A stretch of 64,000 nt of DNA, from NCBI RefSeq assembly GCF_006345805.1, contig NC_043020.1:12214001-12278000 (forward strand). Direction: 5' to 3'. Shown here piece after piece: positions 53,471 to 64,000 of this stretch. Each line of letters starts with the position of its first letter. Position 1 is the stretch's first letter. Position numbers and translations under genes: made by a program. The DNA comes from Octopus sinensis. Taxonomy: Eukaryota. The notes below the pieces were generated by a model. The model saw only the letters and a list, made by a program, of their open reading frames with translations, was not told where the DNA came from and ran no database searches.

Positions 53471-54029
53471 CAGGTAATCGTTCTAGCTGACTCCCCTGTA
53501 TCCCTGCATCGCCCTATATGCCTCTATTTACAGCCATATTTCTTGACTACAGTGAGGAACTGTACCTCTCCATGGTGCTTATTGAAATTGTAAGTGAACT
53601 CAGTGAATTGACGATGTTTATATTGCTAAAGTACATTGTTTTTATGTCCTAGATATAATGTCATTAACTTTCTGATTATATTTATTCCCTGCTGGAACTG
53701 ACTTACTGGATTAGAGTTTAATATCTTGAACTAAAACACAGAAAAATGTAGGAGGCAAGATTTGAAAATTGAACATGTTATTCTTGTTGCCATTAAGCCC
53801 CAGCTCAACCATAATCGAGCAGAGTTCTATATTCAGTTTCTTACTATTTAACATAGCAGAGTGTGACGTAAGGGAGATTTTGTTGCTATTTTCAGCAGAG
53901 CTAACAGGTATATGTTCTCTCGTCCATTCGAATATCTGGAAGTTTTTAACCAGTCGGTGACCTTTAGAAACCGACAACTGGGTGAAATACCGTTGGATCA
54001 CCACTGAAATTTTTGCTCTTGACGTACAG

Positions 54030-54285
54030 TGTGTCAATAACCCCTGAACGTCATTGACATTTGAAGTATGTCAATGACTTCTCAAGGAGATTGATTGCTG
54101 CAATGTGCCATTGACTTTTGACAGCTATTGGCAATTAGAGTGTGCCAATAATTTCTGAAGTCATTGACAGCTGAAGCGTGTCAATGACTTCTGAAAGGCC
54201 ATGGACAGCTGAAGCGTGTCAATGACTTTAAAATGTCATTGACAATTGTAGTGTCGATCTTTCGAAGTTATTGACAATTGTATTA
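54030..54285. repeat. Array of alternating GTCATTGACA / TGTCAATGAC inverted motifs
   Basis: Includes a perfect 13-bp stem 54157-54169 / 54179-54191 with a 9-nt loop. Confidence 0.8.
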
Positions 54286-54647
54286 AAACGATCCGTTACC
54301 GAAGACTGGTACTTTGGATTTCTCTAGCACTTCAATCCTGGCAAATAACCTGTTATTTTCCTGTTTTAGTAAGGAACACTAGGTTGGAGTTGCGTTGGTT
54401 AAATAGATGTATGTACACACACACACACACACATCTATCATGTATACTAGTTCAATAATTTTCCAAGTCAAAAATATTCCATGGTATTTATCTCCGGTGG
54501 TCTCTACGCTAAGCCAATTCTAATTGAACGTTCCCCTGGACAAGACGCAGGTTTATCGTAGGAAACTTCAGCTCGCGACATGAACTTAACTCAGAAACGT
54601 AAGTTTAATGAATGACCAATTCCATAGAGCTGCCACCACTACGGTAT

Positions 54648-54860
54648 GTTTGTGTGTCTGTGTTTGTCCCCCTAGCATTGCTTGACAACCGATGCTGGTG
54701 TGTTTACGTCCCCGTCACTTAGCGGTTCGGCAAAAGAGACCGATAGAATAAGTACTAGGCTTACAAAGAATAAGTCCCGGGGTCGATTTGCTCGACTAAA
54801 GGCGGTGCTCCAGCATGACCGCAGTCAAATGACTGAAACAAGTAAAAGAGTAAAAGAGTA
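54648..54860 (+). mobile_element. 3' half of SINE family A
   Basis: TGTGTTTGTCCCCCTAGCATTGC...TAAAAGAG tail with no head. Confidence 0.88.
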
Positions 54861-54991
54861 ATATAACAGCCGATCCTCTTGGCCATTTATTCTCACTACA
54901 AAATATGTATGTGCTGTCTTTTAAAAGCATCTTTGGGTAAGAAAAAAAACTTTTAGAGTGGAAGAATTTGCTGCCAGCATCACCGAGTTTC

Positions 54992-55023
<32 letters not shown>

Positions 55024-55199
55024 CTTTGCAATGCATAAACATTATATAAATTCGAAACCGACATCAGATCGTTTGGAGAGTCGGTGTTGACATGGAGCCA
55101 ATTTCGAGCGTCCTTGAAGTTCAGGATGTTTGTAGTCTGCCAGAGAGAGAATTCAAACAATTACCATTTTGCTGAAGAAAATCTTCCGGTTTGGAAAAA

Positions 55200-55249
<50 letters not shown>

Positions 55250-55487
55250 TTATATATATATATAGTATGTATGTATATATTATATATATATACGCGAATA
55301 ACAACAAGAACTGCAACAACGAAATATGGAGAAACAACACAAGTAAACATCGTATATACACACAAGAGGGTATATACATTCTAATGCAAATACTTACTCC
55401 TACACACACACACACACACACACACACCACATACACACATACATAGACACACACACATACATAATACATACATATATATAACAAAGT

Positions 55488-55548
<61 letters not shown>

Positions 55549-55618
55549 AAGACATGTGCCAGAGTTAAAAAAAAATTAATTTTGTTGATTTATATATTGT
55601 GAATCGTTAAGACATTTT

Positions 55619-55679
<61 letters not shown>

Positions 55680-56059
55680 AGAGACCGGGGAGAGAGAAAG
55701 AGAGAGGGATGGAGAGAGGGAAGGGAAGGGAGTAGGGTTAAGAAAATTAGAGTGGATAGGAAGACAGGTAAATATAGATGTTTACAGTTAGAAATACACA
55801 TACACTCACACATACACATTTGTGTGCATGTAAACACACACCCACACACACACACACGCACATTATATACGTATAAACATGCGCGCACGCGAGTGAGAGA
55901 GTGGGGGTTAAATAAGCAATTAAACAGACAATAGGTAAATAAAATGGACAGACAGACAGAGATTGAAAAATCTCTGCTAGAAATGTTAACCGAAATTATT
56001 AACACCTTGGTAGAGAGTTTAAGGTACCTTGACCGATAGATGGACATGGATGGGTGAAG

Positions 56060-57640
56060 ATAGATAGGTATAGATAGATATAGAAATAGATATAGATAGA
56101 CAGATAGATATAGATTTAGATAGACAGATAGATATAGATTTAGATAGACAGATAGATATAGATTTAGATAGACAGATAGATATAGATTTAGATAGACAGA
56201 TAGATATAGATTTAGATAGACAGATAGATATAGATTTAGATAGACAGATAGATATAGATTTAGATAGACAGATAGATATAGATTTAGATAGACAGATAGA
56301 TATAGATTTAGATAGACAGATAGATATAGATTTAGATAGACAGATAGATATAGATTTAGATAGACAGATAGATATAGATTTAGATAGACAGATAGATATA
56401 GATTTAGATAGACAGAGATATAGATTTAGATAGACAGAGATATAGATTTAGATAGACAGAGATATAGATTTAGATAGACAGAGATATAGATTTAGATAGA
56501 CAGAGAGATAGATTTAGATAGACAGAGAGATATAGATAGATAGAGATAGAGATAGATAGAGATATAGATAAAGATTTAGATAGACAGATAGATATAGATA
56601 GATAGAGATAGAGATAGATAGAGATATAGATAAAGATATAGATAGATATAGATATAGATAGAGATATAGATAGATAGAGATATAGATAGATAGAGATATA
56701 GATAGATAGAGATATAGATAGATATAGATAGAGATAGACAGAGATAGATAGAGATAGATATAGATAGAGATAGAGATAGACAGAGATAGATAGGGATAGA
56801 TATAGATAGATATAGATAGATAGAGATAGATAGGGATAGATATAGATAGATATAGATAGATAGGGATAGATATAGATAGAGATAGATAGGGATAGATATA
56901 GATAGAGATAGATATAGATAGAGATGGATAGATATAGATAGAGATAGATATAGATAGAGATGGATAGATATAGATAGAGATAGATATAGATAGAGATAGA
57001 TAGATATAGATATAGATAGATAGGGATAGATATAGATATAGATAGAGATAGATAGAGATAGATAGATATAGATATAGATAGAGATAGATAGGGATAGATA
57101 TAGATAGAGATAGATAGAGATAGATAGGGATAGATATAGATAGAGATGGATAGAGATGGATAGATATGGATAGATATAGATAGAGATATAGATATAGATA
57201 TAGATATAGATATAGAGAAATAGATAGAGAAATAGATAGAGAGATAGATAGAGAGAGATAGATAGAGAGATAGATAGAGAGATAGATAGAGAGATAGATA
57301 GAGAGATAGATAGAGAGATAGATAGAGAGATAGATAGAGAGATAGATAGAGAGATAGATAGAGAGATAGATAGAGATAGATATAGATAGATATAGATAGA
57401 TAGAGATATAGATAGAGATATAGATAGAGATATAGATAGAGATATAGATAGAGATATAGATAGAGATATAGATAGAGATATAGATAGAGATATAGATAGA
57501 TAGAGATATAGATAGATAGAGATATAGATAGATAGAGATATAGATAGATAGAGATATAGAGAGATATAGATAGAGATATAGATAGAGATATAGATAGAGA
57601 TATAGATAGAGATATAGATATAGATAGAGAGACAGACAGG
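56060..57640. repeat. (GATA)-type satellite including a 24-bp unit GATAGATATAGATTTAGATAGACA (about 56103-56525)
   Basis: Direct reading. Confidence 0.95.
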
Positions 57641-58258
57641 CAGACAGACAGATAGATGCGTATGTGTTATTGGTCTGCCTGTCTGTTTGTCTACCTATAC
57701 ACACATATAATCTCACACTTTATATTAAACAATTATATTAAAAGGTGAGGGATGTTATAGTTTGGAGCCAATTAAAATTATTATCTGAATCAGACACAGA
57801 TAATTGATCAGAATCTTGTCGGACCATGTGAAAACAAAACAAATATGGCGACTGAGGAAAAGGAAGTAAGGTAAGTAGGTGTGGGGTAGGTAAACAGGTA
57901 GACAGGCTGGTATGTATGTGTGTTTATACGCAGACAAACGCATAAACACATTATCTATATAATAATCTTGTTCGTTCGCCCGTTATACATCAGTTAGAGA
58001 GGTGGTGGATGTGGAGTGAGTGAGAGGTGGAGTAAGAGAGAGCTAGAGAGAGGAGTGGAAAAAAAAGAGAGGAAGAAGTAGAAAATGGCGATTAATATTA
58101 ATACACTTGGGCCAAATGGTCACGTGGTCAGCTGAAGGTAGCGGTGAAGAACAGGAGAAAAAGAGGGAGAGAGAGAGATGTACAGTGGGATGAAAATGAC
58201 ACTGACATCTCATTTTAACAGATATATTTACCAAAATTACATAAAAATATTCAATATA

Positions 58259-58666
58259 GGCGCAGGAGTGGTTGTGTGGTAAGTAGCTTGCTTACCAACC
58301 ACATGGTTCCGGGTTCAGTCCCACTGCGTGGCACCTTGGGCAAGTGCCTTCTACTATAGCCTCCGGCCGACCAAAGCCTTGTGAGTGGATTTGGTAGACG
58401 GAAACTGAAAGAAGCTCGTCGTATATAAGTATATGTGTGTGTGTGTGTGTATATTTGTGTGTCTGTGTTTGTCCCCCCCAACATCGCTTGACAACCGATG
58501 CTGGTGTGTTTACATCTCCGTAACTTAGCGGTTCGGCAAAAGTGAACCGATAGAATAAGTACTAAGCTTACAAAGAATAAGTCATGGGGTTGATTTGCTC
58601 GACTAAAGGCGGTGCTCCAGCATGGCCGCTGTCAAATGACTGAAACAAGTAAAAGCGATAAAGAGT
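58259..58666 (+). mobile_element. SINE family A, full length
   Basis: Head-microsatellite-tail structure. Confidence 0.9.
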
Positions 58667-58671
58667 AGATA

Positions 58672-59428
58672 ATCAAATCGCCTTTGGCTTGAACCACGAT
58701 CTCCAGGCGACTTTGGAATCCCATGCAACTCTTCTGGACGGTCTCCTTTTAAAGTTGGTGAATGCTGCCATAATCCTTGCCTTCAGTTCATCTTTGGTGT
58801 TATAAGGAGTTTTGTTGGTCTCCTGCTCAACTGTGACCACACATAATCATGGGGGTTGCAGTCTGTGGAGTTAGGTGACCAGATGTTAGGGATGATGTGG
58901 TCACAGAAATTGTCTGACAGCCATGAGTGGGTTCTCCTGCGTATGTGGCATGGTACAGAGTTCTGTTGCCAGACATAGGGTCTTCAAGCAGCCACCCTCT
59001 TGACCAAACACAGCACTACCTCCTCCAGGCACTTGATGTAGGCCTCCGTGTTGAGCTTGCGGCCGTGTGGGAAGACGAATGGAGGTATAACATCGCCATC
59101 ATTAGTGATCACTCCAAACACCATGATGTTGATTGGATGGTTTGATTTTTATCACTCTCGTTACATGTCCTCAGATCGCACTGTGCTCGGATTGATACCC
59201 AAACACACTGAAATGTTCGTATTGGATCTTCCGGCGCGAATGCCAAGCAGTACAGCATGTCGTTTCCAAATTTCTGGCAGAGTGAATTGCGTCATGGTGC
59301 TGGTTTTCTCACAGACGGTGCCCAACTGACCCTACTATACTGCCTAATCGACAAAATCGAAAGCAAACAATACGTATGCGCGAAATTAAAAATATAAAAT
59401 GGCAACAGTTTACCCATCACACCCTGTA
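58672..59428 (-). mobile_element. Tc1/mariner (maT, DD37D-like) transposon relic
   Basis: Minus-strand translation HPINIMVFGVI..DGDVIPPFVF..LNTEAYIKCLEEVV..YVWQQNSVPCH..WLSDNF..IWSPNSTDCNPHDY; left end TA|CAGGGTGTG at 59426-59428. Confidence 0.82.
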
Positions 59429-59469
59429 TGTATTTATGTATGTATGTATGTATGTATATATATATATAA

Positions 59470-59662
59470 ATAATCAAAATAAGCAACAAGAATTACTCTG
59501 GTAATTTGGTACGATCGTTTCGTATGGAAAACCTCTATAATTGGCTGATGAGTGCTCAGCATTTTAAAACTGTTGTAATACTTACAACATTTAATAAAAT
59601 GATGTAGTACGAAACGATCGTACCAAATTACTGGAGTAATTCTTGTTGCTTATTTTGATTAT
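59470..59662. repeat. 55-bp inverted repeat (59470-59524 / 59608-59662, 2 mismatches)
   Basis: Direct comparison of the two arms. Confidence 0.93.
59538..59630 (+). ncRNA. Type I hammerhead ribozyme (minimal, Penelope-associated style)
   Basis: Stem I TAATTGG / CCAA(A)TTA; CTGATGA at 59545-59551; stem II GTGCT / AGTAC with a structured insert; GAAA at 59611-59614; stem III AC-GATC-GT; cleavage triplet GUA (A59622). Confidence 0.72.
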
Positions 59663-61923
59663 AATCACCCTACGGATTTTTATGGATAACACCATACAGA
59701 ATTCTAGTGCATCTAAATTAAGTACCATATTCATTTGAATGTAAACTTTTGCTGAACTTATATATTATATATATATATATATTATATATATATATCTGTT
59801 ATTCGTCGTGTTGGGTCTGGAGATAAAGCAGTGCCTATGGCCTTTGGTGGACAAAATCTGGCGAGGCTGAGGATATAAAAGTTCCTCTTGAACCATTGTA
59901 CATAGAAGATAAACAGAAGAGACTGGGATGCAGAGAAGGGACTAAGTTGCTCTAGGAAAGAAAGACTGGGTGTAGGGGTTAATAAGGAGTTAGGGTGAGT
60001 GACTAACGAGAGGGATGCGAAACAGAGAGGGAATGGTTGAGTAGAGGTTGTGTGTATCCAGAGGCCAGTAGTGGTAGAAAAGAGAGGGGAAGGCGACAGT
60101 GACTCTAAGGACCAGCGAAACCACAATCTTACGATTATGGTGCTGACACCCTAACCACTAAGCCACGCGCCTCCACGAAAATAAATATTACCTCTCGGTA
60201 TTAATAATGCCTCTGACGCTGATATATATTCGGAAAAGTGGTTAGTGGTGGGGGGGGGGTTAATGGAGTGTGCGTGTGGGGTAGGGCGGGCACAATATAA
60301 GCTACAAGAGGAAAAGCGACGGATAAATCAGCTGGATTTTTGGTAAAAACGAATTACACGAAAGTTTTAATTTATCGAAGGTTTTATCAGCTGGATTTTG
60401 GATAGACATAAAATGGTTAGTTGCAGGATTTTTTAAACTAGGAATTGAAACTGCAGTCTAAATGTTTCTGCTAGCTTCTTTCATTTGATCTGTCAAAATG
60501 CATTCAGAGATTTACGAGTCATCTATTAACTTCTTGACCACTTCGAATCAACATCAGTTCAACCTAAAGACAAGCAAAAGTCCTTTCTTCTTCTGACCAC
60601 TTTTGCTAGGAAATAATTATAATTACGGGACCCTAACAGAATTCTTCCTCTTTTCTTTTATTCGACACCTTGGCAGAAGTACACGCCAGTTTTTTTACCC
60701 GACACTTTGGCAGAGAGACATGCCTGTTTTCTCTCCTCAGCGCTGACAGAGTTAACGCGTCTCTCTCTCTCTCTCTCTCTCTTCTCCTTACTCATGGCTG
60801 TCACCGAGGTAGCATACATCTCTTTCCCTCTCTACCTGACAACTTTCAGAGAAATAAATTCTACGATTCTCCTTTTCCCATCGTCCAGATAGCAGCTAAC
60901 CACAATTGACCACAGGCATCTATACCAACAACAGAAGCAATATTTATACACCAACAACTCGGAAGAGGTGTGTTTATTGTAACGATAAATAAAATACAAT
61001 TTAATAACTATCAATTTCCTGTCCTTTATTATATGGACTTCGAAAATAACCATTGCATCTATAACATAACGAACGGTTAGATTTATAAATCTGATTAAGT
61101 CTTCAAAATTGAAAAGAAAATATATAAATGCAAACGCTTTTAAATCCACATAACAAGGAAAACAATTGCCGGTAATTCTAACCTTTCGTATTTTTTGGAA
61201 ATAAAAGAAACACGAAAAGACAAAAACCAAGAAATATTTTTTTTTAAATGTAAAACAAAAGAAAAGGCCGTCAAATTGATATTACACAATAGAAAATGTA
61301 GAAGATTTGATATTTTGATGGTGGTAGCGGGGTTAATGCTGACTCTGAGCAGATTTCGGCTGAAAGTCAATATTTTGATTACATGTTGGAACTACGTGAT
61401 CTCTTTCCTTTCTTTCTTTCTTTCTATGTTTTGAGAGAGAGAGAGAGAGAGAGAAAGAAAGTTGTGTAACATTGTAAATGTTGATCGTCTGTTAACGACC
61501 TTCTTTTATACCGGCCATCTGTTAAATGTTAAGAGAGATAGATAGATAGAGAGATAGATAGAGAGAGAGAGAGAGAGAGATAGAGAGAGAGCGAGAAAAG
61601 GTGAGAAGGAAAGAGAGGGCAAATGCGTAAGAGGAGAGTGGGAAAGAATGATAAACAGGTAGAGGTAGGTAGTAGGTAGGTAGGTAGGTATGTGTGTGTG
61701 TGTGTGTGTGTGTGTTTGGTGGTAGTGGTGATGGCACTGGTGGCGGTGGTGGTGCTTGCTGCTTCCAACTTACTACCTTCTGTTCGACGATTGCGCTGTG
61801 GAAAGGGTGAAGAGTGACAGGGGTAGGTAATGATGATATATATAAAGGTGGTGGTGGTGGTGGTGAGGAAGGTGGGTGGATGATGGTGGTGGCATGATGG
61901 GTGAATTGCAGTGTGTGTGTGTA

Positions 61924-61967
<44 letters not shown>

Positions 61968-62064
61968 GATAGTGTGGTGTGTGTGTGTGTGTATTATATA
62001 TATATATATATATATTAGATAGATAGATTTGTTTGTGTGTTGGGTATATATATATAATATATAT

Positions 62065-62111
<47 letters not shown>

Positions 62112-62676
62112 TATATATAGTGTGTGTGTGTGTGTGTATATAGAGTGTGTGTGTGTGGTGGAGAAAGGTGAGGGGTTTGTTCGTGTGTGATGATGGCGAT
62201 GGTGGTGGTTGTGGCGGGGGAAAGAGTATCGCTAGAAAATGGTACTCTTTTTGGTACTTTGTGTGGAGTAACAGGTTATGGTAGAGGAGGAATTGATGGT
62301 AGTGATGTTGTCGATGTTGTGATGATGATGATGATGATGGTGGTGATGATAATGCTGATGATGGCGGTGGTCATGGTGATGATGATGATGACGATAGTGA
62401 TGGTGGTGATGATGACCGTGGCGTTAGTGATGGTAGAAGATTCATTTTGTTCTAGTTGCTGCTGTTGCCTAACCCCCGGTCAGTCCTAATCCTGTAAACC
62501 TAAGACCAAAGTCATTCCAACCGTGACCATGACGCCTTTTAGCTTTTTACAAGTATGTCTAATATTAAATTATCCAGTCTGTTCTCAAAACAATAAGGAG
62601 TGATTTGGAGGACATTGGCTGCTATTTCCACCAAGCCGATTGACCCCATAGAAGCACTATTGTTATTTGTTAATGC

Positions 62677-63156
62677 TCAGTGGCAAGAGAGGAAGAGGCC
62701 GACCAAGAATCCGCTGGCTTGACACCATCAAGAGTGATACCGGAATGGACATAGCCAATCTGAAAGAAGCGGCCCAGGATAGAACTGACTGGAGGACACT
62801 GATCCAACGAGTGACCGAGAGTCGACTTCGACTGAGAGGATATATATATATATATATATATCTTAAGCAGATCAGGCCGAAAATGTCGCTAGAAGCTAGG
62901 ATCACCAAGCATAGATTGGCATATTTTGGTCATATTATGCGGAGAAAATCCCTGGAGAAGGACATCATGCTTGGAATGGTCAGTGGCAAGAGAGGAAGAG
63001 GCCGACCAAGAACCCGCTGGCTTGACACCATCAAGAGTAATCCTGGAATGGACATAGCCAATCTGAAAGAAGCAGACCAGGATAGAACTAACTGGAGGAC
63101 ACTGATCCAACGAGTGACCGAGAGTCGACTTCGACTGAGCGGAGAGATAGATAGAT
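62677..63156 (+). mobile_element. Two tandem 5'-truncated 3' ends of a BovB-like RTE LINE
   Basis: LEKDIMLGMVSGKRGRGRPRTRWLDTIK...DRTNWRTLIQRVTESRLRL; the first copy ends in (TA)n, the second in (GATA)n. Confidence 0.85.
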
Positions 63157-63419
63157 GGTCGTAGTGGAAGTATCGGTGTTGTTTAGCCCCAGGTAAGGTC
63201 CAAGATTGCAGATCCAGAACAGCGGTTACCATCTTGGGATCCATCAACCCCTAAGATCCACAAGGTTAGTATTGAGGGTCCGTGAACCGAGATCAAACTT
63301 TGCTGAAGAGCCAAGATTTTCAAAAACCTGGGGTCCTCGAGAAAATTCATTTTAATCAAAATAAGTTCATGGTAGTGAACAGATAAGGAAAACATTATTA
63401 AATGTGTTCTCCCTTGTAG

Positions 63420-63530
63420 AGGGAATTATTGGTTGTTATTTCTAGCATACCGAGTAATCCATGTTGAAATTCCTTCAAGTCTTAGAATTAATGATTCTGT
63501 TGGTGGTGATGGCATGTTATTTATCGCCAG
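63420..63530 (+). CDS. Candidate 111-nt internal exon
   Basis: Acceptor TGTGTTCTCCCTTGTAG, donor CAG|GTCAGC, open frame GNYWLLFLAYRVIHVEIPSSLRINDSVGGDGMLFIA; not identified. Confidence 0.2.
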
Positions 63531-63644
63531 GTCAGCCATAGCTAGGTTGACATAAGATTGAGTATTGCATCTTTTCTTCAGATACAGTGTACATGGGATC
63601 GTATTATCCAATATACGTTAGTACCCCTAATTTTTTGAGAGAAC

Positions 63645-63809
63645 GGGAGAGAGAGAGAGAGGGAGAGAGTGAGAGTGAGAGAGTGAGAGAGAGAGCGGGA
63701 GAGAGAGGGAGAGAAAGAGAGTGAGAGAGAAAGAGAGCGAGAGAGAAAGAGAGTGAGAAAGTGAGAAAGTGAGAGACAGAGAAGAGAGACAGAGAGAGAG
63801 AGTGAGAGT

Positions 63810-63885
<76 letters not shown>

Positions 63886-64000
63886 GAGAGAGAAGAGAGG
63901 AGGAAATAGAGAGAGAGAAAGAGAGAAATAGAAAGAGAGAAAGAGAGAGAGAGAGAGAAGAAGAGAGGAGAGGAGTGAGAGAGAGAGTGAGAGTACAGAG
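63645..64000. repeat. (GA)n-rich microsatellite running off the window end
   Basis: Direct reading. Confidence 0.96.

Noticed and set aside
63426-63611. NLAMADL motif resembling class A GPCR TM2 (minus strand)
   Set aside because: Flanking residues are polar, there is no hydrophobic helix or other GPCR motif, and no suitable splice sites were found.

Overview
This is repeat-saturated eukaryotic DNA with no recognisable intact protein-coding gene. The tRNA-derived SINEs resemble the Octopus OK/OR families (judged from memory, no search run), so it is probably intronic or intergenic cephalopod sequence. A large share is simple or low-complexity repeat, which explains almost all of the long ORF-track entries. 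The rest is a nested set of mobile elements: a full-length Tx1/L1-clade LINE (26195-31613) inserted into a SINE head with a 16-bp TSD; a decayed near-full-length RTE LINE interrupted by a SINE; BovB-like and R4/Dong-like LINE fragments; Tigger and maT-like transposase relics; TTAA-flanked piggyBac-type MITEs; Helentron-type non-autonomous elements; several modular SINE families; and a ~23-copy 110-bp satellite. Best leads: (1) a complete type I hammerhead ribozyme fold at 59538-59630 inside a 55-bp inverted repeat; (2) a 26-nt 3' tail plus a covarying stem-loop shared by the Tx1 LINE and a different SINE family, suggesting a stringent LINE-SINE partnership; (3) possible targeting of SINE heads by that Tx1; (4) several perfect or near-perfect palindromes; (5) a 30-bp repeat with three metal-response-element cores. 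A few splice-bounded candidate exons are listed at low confidence.
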